Positions 37,049-46,132 of a stretch of DNA of 53,535 nucleotides are shown piece after piece. The first letter of the stretch is position 1, and every line of letters begins with the position of its first letter. The DNA is from Euryarchaeota archaeon UBA186 (GTDB lineage Archaea; Thermoplasmatota; UBA186): the NCBI GenBank assembly GCA_002494765.1, contig DACJ01000072.1:1-53535 (forward strand), written 5' to 3'. Position numbers and translations under genes: made by a program. Under the pieces are notes generated by a model. That model saw only the letters and a list, made by a program, of their open reading frames with translations, was not told where the DNA came from and did no database searches.

Positions 37049-38026
37049 ATGATTGGCGAAAAGCAGACGGTGAAAGTCACAGCACCGCTACCTAAATCTC
37101 TGGAAGAGCTATCCGGGCGTGAGCTGGAAAAGAAGATGTGCGTCGGCGGGATTACGACCCAAGCGCTGAGGAGCCTCACCGATGAATTTACGAACGGTGG
37201 ATTTGAGTGGTTGCTCCCCGTCGTGCTATCGAAGACCACCGATCCTCTCTGGCCCGATCCCGGGGCATCCATCGAGAAGAGGGTCGAGGTCGAGATCTAT
37301 GGTGAAAGGGTGAACGCCATGCTGAGCATGATAGTTCACAAGATAGTCGTATGCTCTCTAGCATACCCAAAAATGTTCGCGCTGTCCCCGAACATAAGGA
37401 TCGAGAGAAGGGAAAGATCCGTAACGGGGGTGCACGCATATGAGTTTACCCAGTTGGATTTTGAGGCCAGAGAGACGACCTCAGACGAGATAAGAAGTTT
37501 TGTCGAGAAGGCCGTCTGTGGGCTGATAGACGACCTGAAGCGGGAAAGAAAAGACGAGCTTGTGAACCTGGAGAGATACGACGCTCTGAAGACTCCAGAC
37601 AGGCCGTTCAAAGTGTACGATAGGGAAGAGCTGGAAGGAAAGTACGGGGAGGAGTGGGAAGTCAAGGTACAGGATCTCGGTGGGCCCTTGTGGGTGGTAA
37701 ACCTGCCCCGAGAGTTTTATGATTTCGAGGATTTCGAGACGGGCAAGTGGGACAACTTTGATCTGATGTTGCCGGGGTTTGGGGAAGTTCTCTCCGGATC
37801 GAAGAGGGAGTTTCAGTATGACAAACTGGTCAAAAAGATGGAGAGAGACGGCATAAGAAAAGAGAACTATGACGTACTGCTGAAAATGGCGAAGGAAACC
37901 ACACTGAAATCCACGGTAGGGGCGGGAATAGGCCTGGAGAGGCTGATGAGCTGGATAGTCGGTGCTGACCACATCGGTGAGGTTCAGCCCTTTCCCAAAG
38001 TGCCCGGTGTGGTCTACGATCTGTAA
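37049..38026 (+). CDS. class-II aaRS catalytic-core paralogue without anticodon-binding domain; archaeal AsnRS-like asparagine synthetase A candidate
   Basis: 325 aa. Motif-2-like GVHAYEFTQLDFE and motif-3 GAGIGLERLMSW. Too short to be a tRNA synthetase and has no N-terminal OB domain. Confidence 0.6.
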   Translation: MIGEKQTVKVTAPLPKSLEELSGRELEKKMCVGGITTQALRSLTDEFTNGGFEWLLPVVLSKTTDPLWPDPGASIEKRVEVEIYGERVNAMLSMIVHKIVVCSLAYPKMFALSPNIRIERRERSVTGVHAYEFTQLDFEARETTSDEIRSFVEKAVCGLIDDLKRERKDELVNLERYDALKTPDRPFKVYDREELEGKYGEEWEVKVQDLGGPLWVVNLPREFYDFEDFETGKWDNFDLMLPGFGEVLSGSKREFQYDKLVKKMERDGIRKENYDVLLKMAKETTLKSTVGAGIGLERLMSWIVGADHIGEVQPFPKVPGVVYDL

Positions 38027-38044
38027 GGGGCGTCGATAAGGTTC

Positions 38045-38464
38045 TTGGAATTAGAGTTAACTTTAACTAGTTCGCATCTATTAAAAGGCGTGTCACCCAT
38101 CCAGATGGTGTTGCTGGCCTTAGTTATGCTGGTGGCCATTCTTGCAGGTATCATAGCCTATTATCGTAAAAGAGTTGAAAAACTCAGCTTATCATTGAAT
38201 GAGGCGGAAAAAAGGGGCAGGAGTCTGTCATCGACATACGGCAGAATAACCGAACAGTTTGCCCCCTTTCTCCATTCTTATCCCTACGATCCATCAAATT
38301 TTAGATTTATAGGTTCGCCCATAGATGGGATACAGTTCAACGAAGACGGGATAGTATTCGTCGAGGTGAAGAGCTCAAATTCCAGGTTGTCCGAAAAGGA
38401 GAGAAAAATTAGGGATCTTGTGGAAAGAGGTAGAGTAAAATGGATGGAGTTTAGAATCGGATGA
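38045..38464 (+). CDS. membrane-anchored PD-(D/E)xK nuclease related to archaeal Holliday-junction resolvase (COG4741-like)
   Basis: 139 aa. N-terminal TM (MVLLALVMLVAILAGIIAYY), coiled segment, then PIDGIQFNEDGIVFVEVKS (D...ExK). TTG track start, so the true start is uncertain. Confidence 0.55.
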   Translation: MELELTLTSSHLLKGVSPIQMVLLALVMLVAILAGIIAYYRKRVEKLSLSLNEAEKRGRSLSSTYGRITEQFAPFLHSYPYDPSNFRFIGSPIDGIQFNEDGIVFVEVKSSNSRLSEKERKIRDLVERGRVKWMEFRIG

Positions 38465-38850
38465 GTAGCTATGCACTGCTGATGTTTTTGCCGGCTTCCC
38501 AGGAAATAGAGGTCGGCGCTCAAGGTGGAATGCACTTCGAAAAAGGTTGGTATGTGTATGTGGGATCCGGCAATACAAAAAGGATAGAAAGGCACTTTAA
38601 TGACAGAGAAGACAAGAAAATGTACTGGCACATCGACTATTTCCTGCAAAAAGGTAAGCCGGTTCGGGCTTATCGCTACGAAAAAGAGGAATGCCCTCTG
38701 GCAAGAAGTTTCGAGAGGCTGGATCAACTCCCCCTTGGGGCGAGTGATTGCAACTGCAGGGGGCACCTTTTTCATGGCGATTTAGAGGAGATAGAGAGAA
38801 TAGCGCTATCACAAAATCCCACGAGTGTTTTTAAGAAGAAGGTGGATTAA
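38461..38850 (+). CDS. DUF123 / GIY-YIG-superfamily (Uri-like) nuclease
   Basis: 129 aa. GWYVYVGSG, KRIERHF and WHIDYF motifs. ATGA overlap with the preceding nuclease gene. Confidence 0.6.
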   Translation: MSSYALLMFLPASQEIEVGAQGGMHFEKGWYVYVGSGNTKRIERHFNDREDKKMYWHIDYFLQKGKPVRAYRYEKEECPLARSFERLDQLPLGASDCNCRGHLFHGDLEEIERIALSQNPTSVFKKKVD

Positions 38851-38881
38851 CCAAATATTCTATCCCGTAATGTGCCATGTT

Positions 38882-38921
38882 CTTCTATACTTGTAAACCA
38901 TATCCTTCTATACCTGTAAAC
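38882..38921. repeat. 17-nt direct repeat CTTCTATAC(T/C)TGTAAAC x2, spaced 23 nt
   Basis: Copies at 38882..38898 and 38905..38921 with one mismatch, in the convergent intergenic region between the DUF123 gene and the first C45 gene. Confidence 0.4.
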
Positions 38922-39015
38922 ACAATGGTCCGCTCTCCTCAACTCCATCACACACCAAAAGTCACCCTGGTTTAGTTATACCTTATCATCCCAACCGCAG
39001 CTGGGGATTATTCAT

Positions 39016-39031
39016 AAAAAAAATAAAAAAA
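39016..39031 (-). terminator. oligo-T terminator (T7-A-T8 on minus strand) after the first C45 gene
   Basis: Plus strand shows A8-T-A7, 6 nt beyond the stop codon at 39038..39040. Archaeal termination typically uses oligo-T tracts. Confidence 0.45.
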
Positions 39032-39037
39032 TTAAGG

Positions 39038-40549
39038 TTAAGCAAGTCCTTCCATTATTTTGGCCAGTAACCTGAGTAGCATGATAACCATGTTGCCCAG
39101 GAGAGCGATCAAAGCGGGTGGTAGTACGGCCAGCATCATGTCGATAGTGGTCGCAAAACAATTCACCCCTAAATTGAAGGCTTTGTCAACGATGCTGTCC
39201 TCTGCTGACCCCGATGGTCCATCAACTCCCAGCAATGGGGCGCAGTAGATCGGGTGGTACGGGAACCATTGCGACCAACCAGCGGCCCACCAGATGATCT
39301 TTTCCTTTGGCTCAATTACCAATGCCCAATTGGTTTGATCGGGCCCAAATATTACGAGATCGTGCAAAATTGCCGGCTGGTCTCCGGCCACGTACTTACC
39401 TGTGAGGGAACCAATGTAGTAGTCGATCCAGCCAAATGGGGGCATGGTTCTGCATATCGAGTTAAATCCTCCCTGCTCTATTGGCCCTATCTGGACTCCA
39501 TTCTCCGTGTCAGCTGTAAATGACTTTACTTTATCTACGTCGATTTGTCCATAGTTCTCCCGGAGCAAATCCCACATCCTGGTCGCACGTATCCAGCTCG
39601 ACTCATATCCGTCCGGTCCCGGAGATGGTGCACCAGTCAGCCCATAGTCCAGGTATTGATGGTGGTTACCCTGACCGAGGATTCCGAGCTTTCCGGGTTG
39701 TTCGACGAGTTTTCCGTTCACATACTCCAAATGGGGCTCATCTGGTCCGCTGAATGCGGCTTTGAAGAAATCGTGGGTGGCCTCTATCGTGCAAATTCCT
39801 CCTTCCTCGTCTGCCCACAGGTAGTTCAGGTTAAAGAGCGAAAAGGCGCTGGAAGAGAATCGCTCAGAGTCTTCTGCAAACTTCGCCGCCTCTCTTACAT
39901 TGGAACACTGCTCCATGATCATATTCGGTATTTCAAGTGCGGTCAGACCATCTCCACAATCGGTTGTACCGCAAGCATTTCCGACCAGAGCTAACCCCTT
40001 CTCGTTAAGCAAGCCTATACCGGCTATCAGCGGTATTCCAAAGGTTATGTATTTGTATTTGCCGGGTATAGCAGTAACCGTTAATGGCGGTAAAGTTATC
40101 AATTGCTTAAGTCCCCAGAATCCCCATATATCTAGATTCCATGAGAGGTATACTCCCCCATCGGTGGCTGGCGGTGCCGAAGCGCTGGTTGTACATCCCC
40201 TAAAAACAAGTGGCGGTAAGTAAATGCTAGCGACAACCACTTCAAGCAAATCGACCCCCAGAGCGTCGGCCAATCCTCTGTACCTCGATAGCTGTCCTGG
40301 CCACATCTCTTCAAGGTATTCAATGTGAACAGCAGCTTTTCCCATCGCGTCTTCCTCATTGATATCAAGAGGGAGTCCCCAGAATCCATCGATAACTGTT
40401 AGGTACATCCCTCTGTAGGAATTGCCCAATTCGAAACCATACTGATAATCTACGCCCTCGGGATTTGCGTTTGCTGGGGAGTTACCCATGCTTACGGCTG
40501 GAATGATCAGGATCATGGCGCTTATAACAGACATTGTTATCTTCTTCAC
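39038..40549 (-). CDS. secreted/membrane-anchored peptidase-C45-like Ntn hydrolase (acyl-CoA:6-APA acyltransferase family), paralogue 1
   Basis: 503 aa. Signal peptide, YQYGFELG, putative self-cleavage/nucleophile site FRG-CTTSASAPPAT (Cys119), NEKGLALVGN, SSWIRATRMWDLL. Hydrophobic C-terminal anchor. Confidence 0.65.
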   Translation of the reverse strand: MKKITMSVISAMILIIPAVSMGNSPANANPEGVDYQYGFELGNSYRGMYLTVIDGFWGLPLDINEEDAMGKAAVHIEYLEEMWPGQLSRYRGLADALGVDLLEVVVASIYLPPLVFRGCTTSASAPPATDGGVYLSWNLDIWGFWGLKQLITLPPLTVTAIPGKYKYITFGIPLIAGIGLLNEKGLALVGNACGTTDCGDGLTALEIPNMIMEQCSNVREAAKFAEDSERFSSSAFSLFNLNYLWADEEGGICTIEATHDFFKAAFSGPDEPHLEYVNGKLVEQPGKLGILGQGNHHQYLDYGLTGAPSPGPDGYESSWIRATRMWDLLRENYGQIDVDKVKSFTADTENGVQIGPIEQGGFNSICRTMPPFGWIDYYIGSLTGKYVAGDQPAILHDLVIFGPDQTNWALVIEPKEKIIWWAAGWSQWFPYHPIYCAPLLGVDGPSGSAEDSIVDKAFNLGVNCFATTIDMMLAVLPPALIALLGNMVIMLLRLLAKIMEGLA

Positions 40550-40750
40550 TTAATCACCTCCTCCTGCTGTGCAGGCTTTTATTGGAGTTTTTTGTCCATT
40601 AGTATGATACACTTGTTATATATTAAGCTTCTTCCCCATGAGTAAAAGCGAGTGGTAGCTATGCCAAAAACAGAAGAGCAATTGGGGCCAGAAATCAGCG
40701 TCCGTTCGATGCGGAAAAAGGAAAAGGATTAAATATTTCTATATATATAG

Positions 40751-41569
40751 ATGCGCATGCCAAAAATCAAGGTGAGAGACATCGAGATGTATTATGAGAT
40801 TCGGGGAGAGGGGCGCCCACTTCTTATGATCATGGGCTTTCAGGGAAACATGGACTGCTGGGATCCATACTACATGATCCCCAATCTCGCGGATCACTAC
40901 AAGCTCATCCTTTTCGATAACAGGGGCGCCGGACGGACGGAACTCGGCAATCCGGAGGAGTTCACGATACGGCTGATGGCGGACGATGCGGCAGCCCTGC
41001 TGGATGCGCTTGGGATTGAACATGCGCATGTTCTTGGTATCTCAATGGGAGGCATGATAGCGCAAGAGCTCGCAGCGAATCATCCCGAGAGGGTGGACAA
41101 GCTCATTCTACTATCGACCTACTGCGGGGGAGACGAATCGTTTCTTGGGCCAGCTAGCGCGAATGTAATCAGAATCTCCAATCTCCTGGTTGAAAGAGGC
41201 GCATGGGACCGTGAAATGGCAGGGATGCTGATTCCCAACCTCCTTTCCGATGAGTACATAGAGCAGAATCCCGACGACGTGGAGGAGTGGATCGATCGCC
41301 TTCTGATTGCGCCTACAAAACTTGAAGCCTCTATTCAGCAGGTTTCGGCAATCCTGAGTTTAGACGTCTGCGGCCAGCTTCCCGGGATAAAGGTCCCAAC
41401 GCTCATCGTCGCGGGCAAGAAAGATACGTATATACCCGCGGAGAATGCCAAGGTAATGGCAAAACGCATGCTCAATTCAAAACTCATATACTCTGAGAAA
41501 TCGGCACATATGCTGCAGGAGGAGATGGAGCAGACCAGCGGCGCCATCGTTCGGTTCCTCAGCGGCTAG
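40751..41569 (+). CDS. alpha/beta-fold hydrolase
   Basis: 272 aa. LLMIMGFQGN, nucleophile elbow GISMGGMIAQE, C-terminal SAHM. No signal peptide. Confidence 0.75.
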   Translation: MRMPKIKVRDIEMYYEIRGEGRPLLMIMGFQGNMDCWDPYYMIPNLADHYKLILFDNRGAGRTELGNPEEFTIRLMADDAAALLDALGIEHAHVLGISMGGMIAQELAANHPERVDKLILLSTYCGGDESFLGPASANVIRISNLLVERGAWDREMAGMLIPNLLSDEYIEQNPDDVEEWIDRLLIAPTKLEASIQQVSAILSLDVCGQLPGIKVPTLIVAGKKDTYIPAENAKVMAKRMLNSKLIYSEKSAHMLQEEMEQTSGAIVRFLSG

Positions 41570-41653
41570 GGAACTGAACTGGCTCTTGATCTACCCGTCT
41601 GTTCATACAATCGAGCATAAACTCTTTAACGCACGACTCCTAATCCAGGGGAG

Positions 41654-42217
41654 ATGGCAGAAAACGAAGTGCTTAAGGCGATCAAGGGAAGGAGGAGCGT
41701 GAGAAGATACAGAAAAGATCTCGTCTCGGATGAAGATCTTAACCATGTGCTGGAGGCCGGTAGATGGGCTCCTTCATGGGCCAATACCCAGTGCTGGAGG
41801 TTCGTGGTTGTAAAAGATGAGGAGATAAGGGCAAAACTGGCCGAAACCCTCTCCCCTCACAATCCCTCCACCGAGGCTTTTCATCAGGCCCCCGTGGTAA
41901 TAGTGGGCTGTGCCATATTGGGGAGATCTGGCTACAAAAAGGGAGAGGCCACAACTGAGAGAGGGGATTGGTTCATGTTTGATATGGGCATCGCTCTCCA
42001 GAACATCGCTTTGGCGGCCCACTCTCTCGGTTTGGGGACCGTACACGTGGGCCTTTTCGACTTCAAGAAGGTGGGCAAAATTCTGAACCTCCCGGATGGT
42101 ATGGAGGCCGTAGAGATGTTGCCCCTTGGGCATCCAGATCAGGAGCCCAAAGCCCCGCACAGGAAAGAGATGTCGGAGCTCGTCCATTACGATCGATTTG
42201 AAGAAGAACAAAAGTGA
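41654..42217 (+). CDS. nitroreductase-family FMN oxidoreductase
   Basis: 187 aa. AIKGRRSVRRY, RWAPSWANTQCWRF, and the usual nitroreductase length. Confidence 0.75.
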   Translation: MAENEVLKAIKGRRSVRRYRKDLVSDEDLNHVLEAGRWAPSWANTQCWRFVVVKDEEIRAKLAETLSPHNPSTEAFHQAPVVIVGCAILGRSGYKKGEATTERGDWFMFDMGIALQNIALAAHSLGLGTVHVGLFDFKKVGKILNLPDGMEAVEMLPLGHPDQEPKAPHRKEMSELVHYDRFEEEQK

Positions 42218-42250
42218 AGCTCCCCGCTGCAAGCAACGGGGCATTCAGAG

Positions 42251-42268
42251 TAAAATAAAAAAGAAAAG
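42251..42268 (-). terminator. T-rich tract (CTTTTCTTTTTTATTTTA on minus strand) after C45 paralogue 2, next to hairpin 42222..42241
   Basis: Read directly, 4 nt beyond the stop at 42273..42275. The adjacent CCCCG-n10-CGGGG hairpin could serve both convergent genes. Confidence 0.4.
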
Positions 42269-42272
42269 GGGG

Positions 42273-43703
42273 CTAGGTCAGGAGATTGGCGAAGTCTATC
42301 GTCACGAAGTGGGACACAGATGCGTGGCCGGTACAGAAGTGCAGCTTAAAGGACATCGGCTCGAATATGAGGCAGAAGTTCGTCTCCGCTGGCCCGAAGT
42401 CCGCTATGAAAGCGTTTTCTCCCCACACCGTATATTCCCACTGATCGAATAGACCGCCTCGATCTATCGAGTTGAAGCCCGGCAATTGAGTCCCAGCAAT
42501 AACGGGACCATTCTTCCGGTCCGATAAGATCCCCTTACAGACCGCCAGGTCTATTCCCCCATAATGTTCATTTAGCAGCTCCCACATCCTCGCGCAACGT
42601 ATCCAGGATGACTGGTAATCTCCTGGGCCTGGCGAACCAGTTAGCTCATATGGGAGATACTGGTGATGGTTTGCCTGTCCCAATATATCTTCCCTTCCTT
42701 CTACCAGCGTGTAATCCCCGTCCACGTATTCGCGATGGGTCTCTTCCTCGCCGCCAAACGCCGCTTCGAAGTAACTATGGGAGTACTCGATCGAGGCTAT
42801 ACCGCCCTCGCTATCTCCGAAAATGACGTTCATCGTCGCCCCCAACCCTCCTCCTGAAGCTCTTGGGGCGGACTCGATGAGTTCGGCTGCCTCGTGTACA
42901 TTTGCGGCGTGATCCATACACATGGTGATGAGCTCTATCGAAGATAGCCCTCCACCTGCATCTGCTGGGTCACCGACAAGACCGTTGTTGTTCCCTACGA
43001 AAGATAGCCCCTTCTCATTCATCAGAGAGACGGACATGCCTATTATCGGTATGGTTAGTCCAATTGACTTATAGCCCCCAGGCGCTTTCCTTACTATGAA
43101 GGAGAATAGCCCGGGCATATGCTCGATTCCTATATCGATCAAACCCATGAGTGGGTAGAGCAAAGGCGTCAGAAGTTCAAACAGGGCGTAGGTGAACCAG
43201 AAGAGGTCCATCGTCCATATTAGATAGGACTGCTCATTGGCCGTCGCCTTGGGCCCTGCGGCGCCAGTCGTACAATCGAACAGCTTGTAGAGGTCTACCG
43301 CGTTTAATTCCAGGGATGTTAAATCCACTATAGGAATGCCTGCGCCACTCGAGATCCCTCTGAGCCTCTCTAGATACGATGGGTAGTGGTCTTCCAGCAC
43401 TGATATGTGTCTTTCGGCATTTGCCCTCAATGTTTTTTCATCAATGTCCAATCTTTCGACCACTTTCCAGAAGAGCCTAATCGCAGTTACATAAGAATCC
43501 CTCAAGAGTTCGCCCAATCGTAGGCCATAACCATATTCCGATTCTGCTTCGATCTCTATAACTAGAGGATTGGTCGATAGCCTCTCATAACTGGAGTCTT
43601 TCTGAGAGTTTTTCTCCATCGAGAACGCCGCAGCTGGTAAAAATGGGGCCAACAGCAGCAAAGCGATCGCCACTCCACAAATCTTTCTCCACATTTTAAT
43701 CAC
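42273..43703 (-). CDS. secreted peptidase-C45-like Ntn hydrolase, paralogue 2
   Basis: 476 aa. Signal peptide, EYGYGLRLG, LFD-CTTGAAGP, NEKGLSFVGN, SSWIRCARMWELL. Confidence 0.65.
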   Translation of the reverse strand: MIKMWRKICGVAIALLLLAPFLPAAAFSMEKNSQKDSSYERLSTNPLVIEIEAESEYGYGLRLGELLRDSYVTAIRLFWKVVERLDIDEKTLRANAERHISVLEDHYPSYLERLRGISSGAGIPIVDLTSLELNAVDLYKLFDCTTGAAGPKATANEQSYLIWTMDLFWFTYALFELLTPLLYPLMGLIDIGIEHMPGLFSFIVRKAPGGYKSIGLTIPIIGMSVSLMNEKGLSFVGNNNGLVGDPADAGGGLSSIELITMCMDHAANVHEAAELIESAPRASGGGLGATMNVIFGDSEGGIASIEYSHSYFEAAFGGEEETHREYVDGDYTLVEGREDILGQANHHQYLPYELTGSPGPGDYQSSWIRCARMWELLNEHYGGIDLAVCKGILSDRKNGPVIAGTQLPGFNSIDRGGLFDQWEYTVWGENAFIADFGPAETNFCLIFEPMSFKLHFCTGHASVSHFVTIDFANLLT

Positions 43704-43836
43704 CTATCTCCATTACTTTATATCTTTCCCATATACTTAAATCTTACTAATGCCCGGGTATGAGTCTCCGCCGTTGAGACTTAGAGACCCGTCTTTTAAA
43801 CGGGTAATGATGGTGGCTGGAAAGAAAGAAGGGGCG

Positions 43837-45084
43837 TCAGCTCATCCAACCGTAATACAGCCTGAAGAAGGGCTCTCTGCACGGATGCCCCGGGCACCAG
43901 TTTATTACGCGCTCATTTGGTTCGATTATCAAGCACACGCCAGTGCCCGCTTGGTTAAGCCCCGCTTCTGGATCGAAGTGCCTGCAAATGGTCATGCTAT
44001 TTCCAATATGTGGATTTCCCGGCCCATGATCGGATACTATCGATTTCATAGTGGCCAGATCTAGATGGCCGTAGTGTTCCCTTAACAACCCCCACATTCT
44101 TGCGCACCGCGCGTAAGTAGAAGGAGATTCATCAGGACCAAGCCCCCCGGTTAAATTCCTATCTAACCATTGATTATGGTTTGCCTGGCCCATTATGCCG
44201 CCGGTCTCTTCTCCAAATTTAACGCCGAAATGGCTGTGGGTCCATTCGGTCGAGGCGATGCCGCCATGGGCGTCGGCCCACAGGTAATTAGTGCCTAACA
44301 TAGTGGTTAACGGGTCACTACCGCTAAATCTCGGCAGGCTCGCGATCAACTCCGCAACCTCATAAACGTTTGAGCATGTTGCCATAGCCATGGCGTTTAT
44401 CCAGGTTGGAAGTAAGCCCATACCGGTGCCCTTAGTCTGGGTATTCGTATTTGCTGTGCAAGCCAGGCCTTTCTCATTCAGGATGCCATCTTCAAAGAGG
44501 ATCGGCACACCCCAAGAGATGTATCTGTTGTGCCCGAGTACGGTGTTAACTACAAGATGTGGAATTCTGAACTGGAATAATTTCCACATATCCCAAGCGC
44601 CATCTATGTTCCAGGTGATGTAGGTTTTGCTATCACCGGTTGCTGGCGGTGCGGAAGCGCTAGTTGTACATCCCCTGAAACCAAATCTGAAGAGACCAGG
44701 TCCGTACAATTCGATGGCTACCAGGTCTTCCAGTGGGATGCCGATTCTATCGCTTAATCCTTTCAACCTTTCGAGATGTGGCGGGTAATAACGATTTAGA
44801 ACGTCGATGAGCTCTCCTGCCTTGATGGAGATCTCCGCCGCGTCTATTCCCTCCCCCTTAACCTTTTCAAAGAAAGTACTCGCCAGGTAACGATAATTTT
44901 CGGCGAACAGCCCCCCTATCTTCAATCCATATTCATAATCCGTTGTCGCCGTCACTTCGACGACCGTTACAAGAGTTAGCGTTTCGGTTGGGGCCTGTAC
45001 CAGGCCAACTAACGCTGGTGCCGTCATCGCTATAGCTACCGTAATCGCCGCAATTACAGGTCTCGTGCCTTTCGTTTTTATCAC
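43837..45084 (-). CDS. secreted peptidase-C45-like Ntn hydrolase, paralogue 3
   Basis: 415 aa. Signal peptide, DYEYGLKIG, FRG-CTTSASAPPAT (12 residues from the Cys onward identical to paralogue 1), NEKGLACTAN, YARCARMWGLL. Confidence 0.65.
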   Translation of the reverse strand: MIKTKGTRPVIAAITVAIAMTAPALVGLVQAPTETLTLVTVVEVTATTDYEYGLKIGGLFAENYRYLASTFFEKVKGEGIDAAEISIKAGELIDVLNRYYPPHLERLKGLSDRIGIPLEDLVAIELYGPGLFRFGFRGCTTSASAPPATGDSKTYITWNIDGAWDMWKLFQFRIPHLVVNTVLGHNRYISWGVPILFEDGILNEKGLACTANTNTQTKGTGMGLLPTWINAMAMATCSNVYEVAELIASLPRFSGSDPLTTMLGTNYLWADAHGGIASTEWTHSHFGVKFGEETGGIMGQANHNQWLDRNLTGGLGPDESPSTYARCARMWGLLREHYGHLDLATMKSIVSDHGPGNPHIGNSMTICRHFDPEAGLNQAGTGVCLIIEPNERVINWCPGHPCREPFFRLYYGWMS

Positions 45085-45220
45085 CTCCTCCCGCCAGGCG
45101 GGTTTCTATCCAAAACTATATTAGATCCTATAGATAAATAGATTTCGGTATCGTGTAGGTGGTGTAAGGTGTATCATCAGGACCAGATAATCATATAAGT
45201 AGAACAGCATATGAAGCAGC

Positions 45221-46132
45221 ATGTACGACGTCGTTATAGTGGGGGCCGGCGCAGCGGGATTGACGGCTGGCATCTATTCCTCAAGAAGCGGACTTAGTAG
45301 CATCGTCCTCGAAAGAGGGGTCCCAGGGGGCCAGGCGGGGGAGGCGCCGCTGGTGGAGAATTACCCGGGCTTTGAATCCATCTCCGGAGTGGAGCTCATG
45401 GAGAAGATGAAAGCCCACTGCTTAAAACACACGGAGATAAAAGAGGGAGAGGAAGTCCTGAAGGTTAAAACCCTAGGGGGCAAATTCGAGATCAGGAGCG
45501 AGAAAGAGACCTATGAAAGCAGGGCGATAATCATAGCTACTGGAGCGCGATACAGAAAGTTGAACGTCAAAGGTGAAAAGGAATTGTTGGGGAAAGGCGT
45601 AAGTCACTGCGCAACATGCGATGGCTTCTTCTTCAAAGATAGAGACGTGGTCGTGGTGGGTGGGGGCAATAGAGCTTTGAGTGAGGCCCTTTATCTCAAT
45701 TCAATCGGGGTAAAGACCAGAATTATCCATCGCAGGGATGAGCTGAGAGCTGATAGATTACTGCAGGAATCCGCTTTTTCCAGGGGTATCAAAGTGCTGT
45801 ACAACTCCCAGGTTAAAGAGATAGGGGGAAAAGAAAAGGTTGAAGGCGTGATTATAACGAAAGAAGGAAAGGAGGAGGAGATGCCCTGTGATGGCATTTT
45901 CGTATCGATAGGCGAGAAACCTAACAACGAGATAGCCAGACTCCTGGAGTTGGAGATGGATAATAGGGGTTACATAAAGGTAGGTGGCGCACAGAGGACT
46001 AGCAGGAAATACGTTTATGGGGCGGGGGATGTGACGACGGGGATAAAGCAGATCGTCATAGCCTGTGCGCAGGGGGCTGTAGCGGCTTTGTCGGCATACA
46101 TCGATTTAGAGAATCCGTACTGGGCGCATTAG
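45221..46132 (+). CDS. trxB: thioredoxin-disulfide reductase
   Basis: 303 aa. VIVGAGAAGLTA, redox-active CATCDG, GGGNRALSEALYL, HRRDELRA. Confidence 0.85.
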   Translation: MYDVVIVGAGAAGLTAGIYSSRSGLSSIVLERGVPGGQAGEAPLVENYPGFESISGVELMEKMKAHCLKHTEIKEGEEVLKVKTLGGKFEIRSEKETYESRAIIIATGARYRKLNVKGEKELLGKGVSHCATCDGFFFKDRDVVVVGGGNRALSEALYLNSIGVKTRIIHRRDELRADRLLQESAFSRGIKVLYNSQVKEIGGKEKVEGVIITKEGKEEEMPCDGIFVSIGEKPNNEIARLLELEMDNRGYIKVGGAQRTSRKYVYGAGDVTTGIKQIVIACAQGAVAALSAYIDLENPYWAH

